This document shows positions 55,395-64,000 of a stretch of DNA of 64,000 nt, piece by piece. The notes beneath the pieces are model-generated. The model did not search any database, had not been told where the DNA came from, and worked only from the letters and a program-made list of their open reading frames with translations. The position numbers and the translations under genes are program-made. Within the stretch, counting starts at the first letter, position 1. Each line of letters starts with the position of its first letter. This stretch comes from Salinispira sp. (GTDB lineage: Bacteria > Spirochaetota > Spirochaetia > DSM-27196 > Salinispiraceae): NCBI GenBank assembly GCA_965602015.1, contig OZ271918.1:2272001-2336000 (forward strand). Reading direction: 5' to 3'.

Positions 55395-58300
55395 GTGGAC
55401 CAGAACTTTTTTGTTGCGGGCGTCGGCTCCTCCGCCGGAGGACTGGAAGCCCTTCAGGACATGCTTTCCCATCTTCCCGAGGATTTGACCAATTGCGCGT
55501 TTATCGTCGCCCAACATCTCAGCCCGTCATATAAAAGCCGCCTGCGGGACCTCCTCTCCAGGGAAACCGACAGACGAGTGGAGGAGATCAGCGACAATCA
55601 GGTGATTGCCCCGAACACCATTTACATAACACCGCCGGACAACGATGTGGTCGTTAAGCAGGGGCGCCTCAGGCTCCACAAGCCCATCAACAGCATCGGA
55701 CCAAAACCCTCGGTAAACATTCTTTTCCACTCCCTGGCAATTGAGTACCAGGAACACGCCGTCGGCATAATTCTGTCGGGAACCGGGCAGGACGGCGCCA
55801 CAGGCCTGAGAGAAATCCGGGATGCCGGCGGCTTCGCCATTTGTCAGGAACCCGCATCCGCCCGCTACGACGGCATGCCCAATGCGGCGGTGCAGACCGG
55901 AAGAGCGGATTTTATTCTGGAGGCGGGAGACATCGGCAACGAACTAAACCGCCTCATCCTGCGACAATCGAACTCCCTTACCGCCGAAGCCCAACAGGAC
56001 GAATACATCCGAAAAATAATAGCAAAGGTCTCCCGATACTCGAAAATCGATTTTTCGGGCTACAAAGACAGCACTATTGAGCGGCGCATCACCAAGCGGC
56101 TCGCGGCCCTCAGGCTGGATAGTCCCCAGGAGTACTACGAGCACATTCAGCAGAATCCCAAGGAAACGGCCCATTTATTCAGCATGCTGCTCATTGGAGT
56201 CACCCAATTCTTCAGGGATCCCGAATCCTATGAAAAGGTAATAGAGGAACTCACCACCCTGATTTCGTCCCGCCAAAACGATGATGTGTTCCGGATCTGG
56301 ATTGCCGGCTGCTCCACCGGCGAAGAGGCATACAGCCTCGCTATGGTTCTGGATAATATCCGAAAATCCCTCGATATTGGGCTGCAGATCCAGGTCTTCG
56401 CCACGGATATCGACGAAAAGGCCGTCAATTTCGCCCGCAGGGGAGCATATCCCGAAGAGAGCCTCATCGACATACCTGAAGAGTACCGCGAACGGTATTT
56501 TACCCGCGACGGCGAGCGCATTGTCATCTCCAAGGATATCAGGCAGATGATACTGTTCAGCGTGCACGACGTCATCGAAAGTCCCCCCTTCCTGCGCCTG
56601 GACCTGATCAGCTGCCGGAACCTGTTGATTTACCTGGATCAAAAAATACAAAAGCAGATTCTGCCTATTTTCCACTATGCCCTGCGTCCCAAGGGCATTC
56701 TCTTTCTCGGGAAGAGCGAGACCATCGGCCAGTTCTCCGATTTATTCACCCCCCTGGACAGCCGGCACCGGGTGTTCCAGCGCACCAATGAAGCGACCCT
56801 CCCCCGCAGCCTGTACCGGGGACATCCGGGTTCCCGCCGGAGCCGGGGCGATGTGCCAACAGAACGGGAAGAGGATCTGACGATTCGGGAGAATATCAAG
56901 GAAACCCTCTTCGCCGATCTGGGACATCCATATCTGGTAATCAACGCGGCCCAGGAAGTGGTGAGGGTTCAGGGCGACCTGCACTCCATCATCGGCATAC
57001 GCGAGGGGATATTCACCTCCCAGCTGTCGAACATGCTGGCCTCGGAGCTCAAACATGAGGTGACCCAGCTTCTAAACCGGGCCTCATCGGAATCCCGCAC
57101 CATTTCGAGCCCATTCCGGCGTTACTTCCCGACAGAACCCGAGCGTTTGCTGCGAATCCGGGTCAGGCCCCTGGTGCAGAGTGCGGCGGCACAGGGCTAC
57201 ATGCTGGTCGAATTCGAACCGCTTGAAATCGCCGGGGACATCATGGCCAGCCTCATGGGCGAAGCCGAGGGAGACGGCCCCGAGCATCAGCGGATCCGCG
57301 AGCTGGAAAACGAACTAACCCTAAAAAACGAGAACCTCCAGAACTACATCGAGGAACTCGAGACAGGGAACGAGGAACTTCAGAGCCTGAACGAAGAGCT
57401 CCAAAGCACCAACGAGGAACTGCAGTCTTCAAATGAGGAGCTTGAGACCTCAAACGAGGAACTCCAGGCCAGCAACGAAGAACTGCAGGTCGCCTATACG
57501 GAAATAAAGAGCATCAACGAACAGCTCGCCAGGCAGGACCGGGAACTGGTCAAGGCCCAAACCCGCATCGACATGGCGCTGTGGGGCGGAAAGCTGGCCT
57601 GGTGGGAGTGGAATATCGCCAGCGACACCGAAGACTTTGCTCCCACCCGAGTCAAAATGCTGGGATACAACGAGGACTCGTTTCCCCACAGCCGGAAGGA
57701 CTACCTCAAGCTCATCCATCCCGAAGATATCGAAGAAAACCAGCGGATCATGGATGAACACCTCAAGGGCGCCCGACCGATTTACGACGCCGAGTACCGC
57801 ATACGAAATTTCTCGGGCACGTATGTCTGGTACTGGGACAAGGGCCGGGTGGTTGAGTGGGATGACCAGGGGCGGCCCATTCGGGTTGTCGGCCTGGCCA
57901 CCGATATCACCGACCGGAAACACAGCGAGCTCGAGCTGGAAGAAAAAATTGAAGAACGGGAAGTGCTCATCCGCGAGGTGCACCATCGGGTAAAAAACAA
58001 TTTTAATACGGTAATCGGCCTCATCGAGCTGGAGATCAGCCGTCTGTCCGACAGCAGTCAGCGGGGACTCTTGCGGGACATCCAGGGGCGGATTCGGAGC
58101 ATGGCCCTCATCCATGCCGAACTGTATCAGCGGGAAAATATTGTAGATATCAATCTGCGTGATTATCTTACCAGGCTCGGGGACGCGATCGTCCGCTTTC
58201 AAAGCCTTGAAAATCACAATGTTCACTTCTTTGAGGATATAGAAACCCTCTATATGGATGTAAGCAGTTCGCTGACCCTCGGCCTCATTCTCGTGGAACT

Positions 58301-58586
58301 CATGACCAACAGCATGAAGTACGCGGTGTACGACAAGGGAACTCATCCCGAGCTGCGGATCGGGGTCAAACGGCTGGAAGACGGCAGGCTGCAACTGCGC
58401 TACCGGGACAACGGACAGGGATATCCCCCGGATATCATCTCGGAAAAACGCTACGGAGTCGGTCTCGATTTGGTAATGTCCATGACCCGTCAGCTCGAGG
58501 GCAATATCCGACTTCTCAACGAGCAGGGCGCGGTCTGCGAGCTCAGCATTCCCTACAACGAAAAGCAGCGGCCGGAAAGGGAATGA
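55395..58586 (+). CDS. CheB-CheR fusion with coiled coil, PAS/PAC and HisKA_2 histidine kinase
   Basis: CheB GSSAGG/AQH/GTGQDG. CheR VTQFFRD, AGCSTGEEAYS, ATDID and SCRNLLIY. NEELQS heptads, IHPED PAS, EVHHRVKNN and DNGQG. Confidence 0.92.
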   Translation: MDQNFFVAGVGSSAGGLEALQDMLSHLPEDLTNCAFIVAQHLSPSYKSRLRDLLSRETDRRVEEISDNQVIAPNTIYITPPDNDVVVKQGRLRLHKPINSIGPKPSVNILFHSLAIEYQEHAVGIILSGTGQDGATGLREIRDAGGFAICQEPASARYDGMPNAAVQTGRADFILEAGDIGNELNRLILRQSNSLTAEAQQDEYIRKIIAKVSRYSKIDFSGYKDSTIERRITKRLAALRLDSPQEYYEHIQQNPKETAHLFSMLLIGVTQFFRDPESYEKVIEELTTLISSRQNDDVFRIWIAGCSTGEEAYSLAMVLDNIRKSLDIGLQIQVFATDIDEKAVNFARRGAYPEESLIDIPEEYRERYFTRDGERIVISKDIRQMILFSVHDVIESPPFLRLDLISCRNLLIYLDQKIQKQILPIFHYALRPKGILFLGKSETIGQFSDLFTPLDSRHRVFQRTNEATLPRSLYRGHPGSRRSRGDVPTEREEDLTIRENIKETLFADLGHPYLVINAAQEVVRVQGDLHSIIGIREGIFTSQLSNMLASELKHEVTQLLNRASSESRTISSPFRRYFPTEPERLLRIRVRPLVQSAAAQGYMLVEFEPLEIAGDIMASLMGEAEGDGPEHQRIRELENELTLKNENLQNYIEELETGNEELQSLNEELQSTNEELQSSNEELETSNEELQASNEELQVAYTEIKSINEQLARQDRELVKAQTRIDMALWGGKLAWWEWNIASDTEDFAPTRVKMLGYNEDSFPHSRKDYLKLIHPEDIEENQRIMDEHLKGARPIYDAEYRIRNFSGTYVWYWDKGRVVEWDDQGRPIRVVGLATDITDRKHSELELEEKIEEREVLIREVHHRVKNNFNTVIGLIELEISRLSDSSQRGLLRDIQGRIRSMALIHAELYQRENIVDINLRDYLTRLGDAIVRFQSLENHNVHFFEDIETLYMDVSSSLTLGLILVELMTNSMKYAVYDKGTHPELRIGVKRLEDGRLQLRYRDNGQGYPPDIISEKRYGVGLDLVMSMTRQLEGNIRLLNEQGAVCELSIPYNEKQRPERE
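57351..57497 (+). repeat. seven degenerate 21-bp coding repeats (EELxxxN heptads)
   Basis: EELETGN EELQSLN EELQSTN EELQSSN EELETSN EELQASN EELQVAY. Confidence 0.85.
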
Positions 58587-59515
58587 AATACCGACTAAAA
58601 AATTCAGCGGCCTATCTGGTCATTCTGGCCGCCGCAGCCCTCACCGTTGTGCTGGCGGGCACCATGGACGCCCCGGACTTTCACCGGGGGGAGCCCTTCC
58701 CTCGGGAACTGTTCACCGGAGGCGCCGAGATGGGCGGCCTGATGGACCGCTTCATGCAGTTTGCCAGAGAGGAAATTGACGAGGGCGATTGGGACAATGA
58801 AGAGAACGAGGTCCCCCTGAGCGTCCTTCTGGTTCCCCTGGTACTGGCGCTGGGAGTGCTGCTTGGGGTGCTTTTTATCGCCGGACGACAGCTCAAAAAG
58901 GCCGCGCTCATCAGATTGCTTCTGATTTTTCTCGCCGCAGCCCTTTCGATCTTTTTATTCTTTTCTTCGATGAACGCTTCCCCCGCGGCCCTCCCTGAAC
59001 TGCCGGATGAACCTGCCGCTCAGGATATTTCCAGGTCAGTTGAAAGCGATGGGCAAGGCGATGTCCCCGGTGAAATAGACCAAGACCGCTTGGGCGTGTT
59101 CTTGATCATCCTCCTTTCGTTTGCCCTGGCTTCGAGTCTGTTTTTTGCCGTCCGCTGGATTGCCTTCTCCCGGCCCCGTTCGAAACCCCCGAGCCTTCAG
59201 GAGGCAGCGCTGAGGGCGCAGACCGGACTCAACGAAGGCAGAGACAGCCGATCGGTCATTATCCGCTGTTATGATGAAATGAGTTCGGCAATTCTGGCCT
59301 CCGCCGGGTTGAGCAGAATGCAGTCCATGACGGCCGGGGAGTTCCGCGACAAACTGGTACAGGAAGGCCTGCCCTCCCCTGCGGTGAGCAGGCTTACCGG
59401 GCTCTTCGAAATGGTGCGATACGGCAGAGGGAATCTCAGCGAAAAACAGGAGAAGGAAGCCGTCGATGCGTTAGAGGACATCGTTGCGGCCCTTAATGAG
59501 GTAGGCGTGGAGTGA
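58583..59515 (+). CDS. membrane protein with a C-terminal DUF4129-like domain
   Basis: Four TMs and IIRCYDEM...MTAGEF...LTGLFEMVRYG. Confidence 0.78.
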   Translation: MKYRLKNSAAYLVILAAAALTVVLAGTMDAPDFHRGEPFPRELFTGGAEMGGLMDRFMQFAREEIDEGDWDNEENEVPLSVLLVPLVLALGVLLGVLFIAGRQLKKAALIRLLLIFLAAALSIFLFFSSMNASPAALPELPDEPAAQDISRSVESDGQGDVPGEIDQDRLGVFLIILLSFALASSLFFAVRWIAFSRPRSKPPSLQEAALRAQTGLNEGRDSRSVIIRCYDEMSSAILASAGLSRMQSMTAGEFRDKLVQEGLPSPAVSRLTGLFEMVRYGRGNLSEKQEKEAVDALEDIVAALNEVGVE

Positions 59516-60075
59516 CCCGCGGGGAATGGCGTTTTAAACTGGCGGGGTTTGTCATACTCATCGCCACCATTATTTTTGCCTTGATAAACGCCGGGGAAAT
59601 CCTTGGAAGGGTCATTCTCCCCCTGGCTCTTGGCGTCATTCAGCTCCTGCGTATTCTCAATTCGGTGCCCCAAACGTTCTGGTGGACCAGCGGCGGCCTG
59701 GTTGCCGTCGGGTTCCTGGCGGCGAGCCTTCGCATAAGCAATCTGAGATCGGGAAGGCGCAGCTACTCGGAGGGCCGCCGGGCTCGAACCGCCGCACTGG
59801 AAGAGCTTATGGGCGACAGTCAAAGCGAGTTTTCGAGAAAAAAAATCGCTCACATCCTCATCAATCTGTATTTGGCGAACCGCGGCGAGGATGAAATCAA
59901 CATACATCAATGCGATGCCTGGATAGCCGGACCGTCGGCTCCCCGGGAATTGCAGCATTTTTACGGCGAATTCGTCGGCAATACGACCGCCGGGAGGGAT
60001 GAAGCAGGTATCCGTTACGCGCTGGAAGAACCGCTGGCATTCATCCGATCCTGCATTGAAGGAGAGCATTCGTGA
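59512..60075 (+). CDS. hypothetical membrane protein
   Basis: N-terminal TMs. GTGA overlaps at both ends. Confidence 0.7.
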   Translation: MTRGEWRFKLAGFVILIATIIFALINAGEILGRVILPLALGVIQLLRILNSVPQTFWWTSGGLVAVGFLAASLRISNLRSGRRSYSEGRRARTAALEELMGDSQSEFSRKKIAHILINLYLANRGEDEINIHQCDAWIAGPSAPRELQHFYGEFVGNTTAGRDEAGIRYALEEPLAFIRSCIEGEHS

Positions 60076-61025
60076 AGAACACTAAAACGGGGATCGACAA
60101 AATTGTCCACGAAGTAGAAACGGCCGTCATCGGTAAGGGAGAGGTGTTGCGCAAGCTGCTTGCGGCGGTGCTCTGCGGCGGTCATGTGCTTTTTGAAGAC
60201 TATCCGGGTCTGGCAAAAACCCTCATGGCCAATAGCCTGGCCCGGGCCCTCGGTATTGAGTTTCGTCGCATCCAATTCACCCCCGACCTGCTTCCCGGCG
60301 ATATTACCGGGGGCTATGTCTTTGACAGGGAATCCGGCCGCTTCGACCTGCGAAAGGGTCCGATCTTCACCAATGTTCTCTTGGCTGATGAGATCAACCG
60401 GGCTTCTCCGAAAACCCAGTCCGCGCTTCTGGAGGCGATGCAGGAAGGACAGGTGACAATAGAAGGAGACAGTTTTCCCCTTCCCCGTCCGTTTTTGGTC
60501 ATCGCTACCCAGAACCCGGTGGAGTACGAGGGCACCTTTCCACTCCCGGAAGCCCAGCTGGACCGTTTTATGATCCGCCTGGCTATGGGATACCCCGAGC
60601 CCGATGACGAAAAGGAAATTCTCTCCCGGCGGAGAACCCGTCGGCGGGATGAGGTTGAAATAAGACGGGTCGTGGAGGCCGAAGAGCTTAGCGGTCTGAG
60701 CGAGAGGGTGGAAAATGTCCATCTCGACGATGACCTTGAGGATTACATCGTACGCATAATTTCCGCGACCCGGAAAGATCAGCGCATCAGGGTCGGATCG
60801 AGCCCCAGGGGTTCCCTGGCGCTCATGCGACTGGCTATGGCGCAGGCAATGATGGATGGCCGGGACTATGTGCTTCCCGATGATATAAAAGGCTTTGCCG
60901 TTGCCGCCCTTGCTCACCGGGTTATGCTCGAACCCGATTATTGGATGCGGGAGAACGCCGCCCAGGACATTATCAGCGGCATCGTCAACCAGGTACCGGT
61001 TCCCGTGAGACAGGAGCAGCGGTGA
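60072..61025 (+). CDS. moxR: MoxR-family AAA+ ATPase
   Basis: EDYPGLAKT, RIQFTPDLLPGD, LLADEINRA, ATQNPVEYEGTFPLPEAQLDRF and GSSPR. Confidence 0.95.
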   Translation: MKNTKTGIDKIVHEVETAVIGKGEVLRKLLAAVLCGGHVLFEDYPGLAKTLMANSLARALGIEFRRIQFTPDLLPGDITGGYVFDRESGRFDLRKGPIFTNVLLADEINRASPKTQSALLEAMQEGQVTIEGDSFPLPRPFLVIATQNPVEYEGTFPLPEAQLDRFMIRLAMGYPEPDDEKEILSRRRTRRRDEVEIRRVVEAEELSGLSERVENVHLDDDLEDYIVRIISATRKDQRIRVGSSPRGSLALMRLAMAQAMMDGRDYVLPDDIKGFAVAALAHRVMLEPDYWMRENAAQDIISGIVNQVPVPVRQEQR

Positions 61026-62293
61026 ACCGGAGTCCGGCAGTAATCGTCAGCATTATTTTGGTTTTCGCCGCCGCCCTGTTTGCCCGGCGAGGGGAAATAC
61101 TCTCGGCTATTCTGCCCTTCTTGCTGCACTTTCTTCCGGCTAAGCGGGTCAAACCACAAGCCGCCGGGCTTATACTTCGACGAATCGCAGAAAAAAACCG
61201 GGTTCAGGCCGGCGAAGAGCTGACCCTCCGACTGGACATTCATTGCGGTCCCAATCCCCTTGCGCTAACCATAGACGAATTGCTCCCCCGGGGGCTTGAA
61301 GTGGTCAGCGGCGAAGCGTCTGTCCTTGCGGCCCTAAAAGCCGGAGAAACCATATCGCTGGAGTACACCCTGCGATGCAGCCGGGGCATATTCCCCCTCC
61401 CGCCGCCGAAATGCACGATCCGCCCTCACTGGGGCCTGGCCAGAATCAACGCCAACACAGTCCTCAGCGACGACAGCATCACCGAAATCGTCGCGGTACC
61501 CCGCCACATAAACATCAAGAGCCTGCCGATTTCGGTGAGGAAAACCCTGGTGTACGCGGGTCTCAATCCCTCCAGGAGGGGGGGCGACGGAGTCTACTTC
61601 CACGATCTGCGGGAGTATCAAAGCGGCGATTCCCTGCGGCGGATCCACTGGCCTTCGGTGGCCCGGCACCCGGATCAGCTGATCACCGCGGAGTTCGAGC
61701 AGGAGCGGGTTTCGGATATCGGAATCATACTCGACGCCAGGGAGGACAGCTACCGGTGGCTCGGCTATGCCCGCCATCTCGAGTACGGAATCTCCATGGC
61801 ATCAGCCATGGCCCAGCTCCTTTTGGACATGCAGAACCGGGTCGGCCTCATGGTTTACGGAAAATACCTGAATTTTACCGTGCCGGGCTACGGGAAACTC
61901 CAGGGTGAACGAATCAGGCGCTCCCTGGCCATTGCCGAAACCGGCGACCACTCGGTGTTTAAAAGCCTGGACAATCTCCCGGTGAATCTTTTTCCCCAGC
62001 GGAGCCAGTTGATATTCGTCAGTCCCCTTATGCCCGGCGACGGCGACACCCTGAGGCGGCTGAAAGGCAGGGGCTATTCTGTGCTGGTCATCTCCCCGGA
62101 CTGTTTATCCATCGACGCCGCCGAAGAGAATAGCAGCGCAGCGGCCATCGCCGCCCTTGAGCGCCGTCAGCTCATCCACCGGCTGGAGCGCTGGGGCGTA
62201 ACGGTAATCGACTGGAATCTGAACATGACCATTGAACAGACTATTGTCGGCGCCTCGGGAAGGCTCAGGCGCATGAGCGGGAGGGGAATATGA
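61022..62293 (+). CDS. DUF58 (vWA-like) protein
   Basis: FHDLREYQSGDSLRRIHWPSVAR...EFEQE...ILD. GTG start overlaps the moxR stop. Confidence 0.88.
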   Translation: MNRSPAVIVSIILVFAAALFARRGEILSAILPFLLHFLPAKRVKPQAAGLILRRIAEKNRVQAGEELTLRLDIHCGPNPLALTIDELLPRGLEVVSGEASVLAALKAGETISLEYTLRCSRGIFPLPPPKCTIRPHWGLARINANTVLSDDSITEIVAVPRHINIKSLPISVRKTLVYAGLNPSRRGGDGVYFHDLREYQSGDSLRRIHWPSVARHPDQLITAEFEQERVSDIGIILDAREDSYRWLGYARHLEYGISMASAMAQLLLDMQNRVGLMVYGKYLNFTVPGYGKLQGERIRRSLAIAETGDHSVFKSLDNLPVNLFPQRSQLIFVSPLMPGDGDTLRRLKGRGYSVLVISPDCLSIDAAEENSSAAAIAALERRQLIHRLERWGVTVIDWNLNMTIEQTIVGASGRLRRMSGRGI

Positions 62294-62772
62294 TAGCACC
62301 GGTCCGTCACGGCGCGATCGCCCTTCTCACCCTCGTCCTCCCCGCATCTCTCGCTATCGGCGGAAATGCCGCCGCTATCGCCTTGGCGGCGGGAGTTCCG
62401 CTCTTCTGGCTGCTCGCCGGCCGCCGCCTGCCGATGATGCAGCTGTTTGCCCTGCCGCTGTGCAGCTTCCTTTTGCTCCTGGGCTTTCTCTACGGCAATG
62501 GTGCAGGTATTCAATACCTGATTCTCGTATTGCTGAGCGCGGTATGGGACCTTGATGACCTGTACCGGGAGTCGGTAACCCGGAACAGGATTCACAATGC
62601 AGTCCGCCTTCTGACTATGGCCGCTCTTCGGGCTCTTGGCGCTGGGGGCATACTCGCCTCGGCATTCGGGATCTCTTCACTCATTGATCTGAACCCGGGC
62701 TTCTGGCCGCTTTTGGCCGGGGTGCTGCTCCTGGCGCTCCTGTTCAAACGCATATTTGCCCGCGCCGGATAG
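62290..62772 (+). CDS. hypothetical membrane protein
   Basis: Highly hydrophobic 160 aa with an AVWD motif. ATGA overlap with the DUF58 gene. Confidence 0.72.
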   Translation: MIAPVRHGAIALLTLVLPASLAIGGNAAAIALAAGVPLFWLLAGRRLPMMQLFALPLCSFLLLLGFLYGNGAGIQYLILVLLSAVWDLDDLYRESVTRNRIHNAVRLLTMAALRALGAGGILASAFGISSLIDLNPGFWPLLAGVLLLALLFKRIFARAG

Positions 62773-62858
62773 TAATGCAAACGTCATTGAATAAAAATAC
62801 CGCAGACCATGAGATCCTCGTTGCACAACGGACCTCCCTGGAATAGATTAGATAATCT

Positions 62859-63809
62859 ATGAGCGAGCACATTCAAAACACCCCCGATCAGATAATGATC
62901 AGGGCGGGTAAACTGACAAAAACCTTCGGGGAACTCACCGCCGTCGACCAGGTCGACTTCGAAATCAGAAAGGGCGAATCATTTGGTCTCCTGGGGCCCA
63001 ACGGCGCAGGCAAATCGACCACCATGAGGATGATCGCATGCGTATCGAAACGCAGCAGCGGAAATCTGACCATCCTGGACCGGGATCCCGATGCCGAAGG
63101 TCCGGATATCCGGGCGCACCTGGGCGTCGTTCCCCAGACCGATAATCTCGACATGGATATCAAGGTGGTGGACAACCTCTACGTGTACGGGAGGTACTTC
63201 GGTCTTCCCGGCTCCTTCCTCCGGGAGAAAAGCCGCGACCTTCTGGAGTTCGCCCAGTTGACCGAAAAGGCCGATGAGAAGGTTGATAACCTCTCCGGCG
63301 GCATGAAACGGAGACTGACCATCGCCAGGGCACTGGTAAATGAGCCGGATATTCTCATGCTCGATGAGCCCACCACCGGCCTTGACCCCCAGGCCCGCCA
63401 CATCCTCTGGGACCGGCTCTTTCGTCTCAAGGAAGAGGGGGTCACCCTGGTAATCACCACCCACTACATGGATGAGGCTGAACAGCTCTGCGACCGGCTG
63501 GTGGTTATGGACAAGGGCAAAATCATGGCCGAGGGAAGCCCCGCCGAACTCATACGCCGTTACTCGAGCAAGGAAGTGGTTGAACTGCGTTTTGGCTCGG
63601 GAAAAAATGAGGAAAACGCACAGCGTCTTGAAGGCCGAGGCGACCGGATAGAGGTCCTCCCCGACCGCATTCTGATTTACACCCCGGACGGCGAGGCGGA
63701 GCTGGAGGACATCGTCAAATCGGGTTTTCACCCGAGGACAAGCCTCGTCAGGCGTTCGAGCCTGGAGGACGTCTTTCTCCGTTTGACCGGCAGGAGTCTC
63801 ATAGAATGA
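62859..63809 (+). CDS. ABC transporter ATP-binding protein (NodI/DrrA-like)
   Basis: GPNGAGKS, LSGGMKRR, LDEPTTGLDPQAR, TTHYMDEAE and LEDVFLRLTGR. Confidence 0.92.
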   Translation: MSEHIQNTPDQIMIRAGKLTKTFGELTAVDQVDFEIRKGESFGLLGPNGAGKSTTMRMIACVSKRSSGNLTILDRDPDAEGPDIRAHLGVVPQTDNLDMDIKVVDNLYVYGRYFGLPGSFLREKSRDLLEFAQLTEKADEKVDNLSGGMKRRLTIARALVNEPDILMLDEPTTGLDPQARHILWDRLFRLKEEGVTLVITTHYMDEAEQLCDRLVVMDKGKIMAEGSPAELIRRYSSKEVVELRFGSGKNEENAQRLEGRGDRIEVLPDRILIYTPDGEAELEDIVKSGFHPRTSLVRRSSLEDVFLRLTGRSLIE

Positions 63810-64000
63810 AACGCGACGAATCCCTTCCGGTATCAAGCTCTCCGCCTCCCCAGGCACATCCCGAAGACCAGGCCATGGCCGCCGAACAGGACCAGTTCGC
63901 CTCCAAAAATCTCAGCCCCGAAGCCACGGCACTGGAGCATCGGGCGCACAGCGGGGCACGGGACCATTTCGGGCAGGAGCGCAGCGCACGAACTCGGGCC
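63806..64000 (+). CDS. partial CDS running off the window, probably the cognate ABC-2 permease
   Basis: ATGA overlap with the ATPase stop and a frame open to the window end. The product is inferred from context only. Confidence 0.5.
   Translation, partial: MKRDESLPVSSSPPPQAHPEDQAMAAEQDQFASKNLSPEATALEHRAHSGARDHFGQERSARTRA

Noticed and set aside
57351..57497. 21-bp periodic repeats as a possible CRISPR or novel array
   Set aside because: They are degenerate at synonymous positions, have no spacers, and encode the NEELQS coiled coil typical of CheB-CheR fusions.

Overview
Gene-dense 64 kb bacterial chromosomal window with about 52 CDSs. It probably comes from a free-living spirochaete, inferred from CheX, spirochaete-style 'LFGAGGAE' and lipobox signal peptides, and acidic surface lipoproteins. 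No rRNA, tRNA or CRISPR array was seen. Ordinary content includes an Fe3+ ABC transporter, a NatAB-like ABC/XRE operon, a NarX/NarL-type two-component system, AKR/MocR, glf, uup, wrbA, malic enzyme, MATE, iaaA and a MoxR/DUF58 cluster. One intact IS3-family (IS51 group) element splits an alpha/beta-hydrolase gene. The most striking locus (31466-35085, minus strand) is cheY-like, then cheX, then a 914-aa fusion of a complete ammonium transporter (Amt) to HAMP-like, PAS-like, HPt and CheA-type HATPase modules with no CheW domain. It is a candidate receptor-independent ammonium-sensing phosphorelay. Other notable items are a mannosylfructose (mfpsA/mfppA-like) osmolyte operon, a 507-aa protein with a split HPr domain, a GNAT fused to a catalytically dead M50-like domain, and an unannotated 43-aa Cys/Lys-rich gene. 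There are also a permuted NlpC/P60 lipoprotein, several clear operator arrays, and about 9 genes with a leaderless-promoter signature. All family calls come from motif recognition by eye, and no database search was run.
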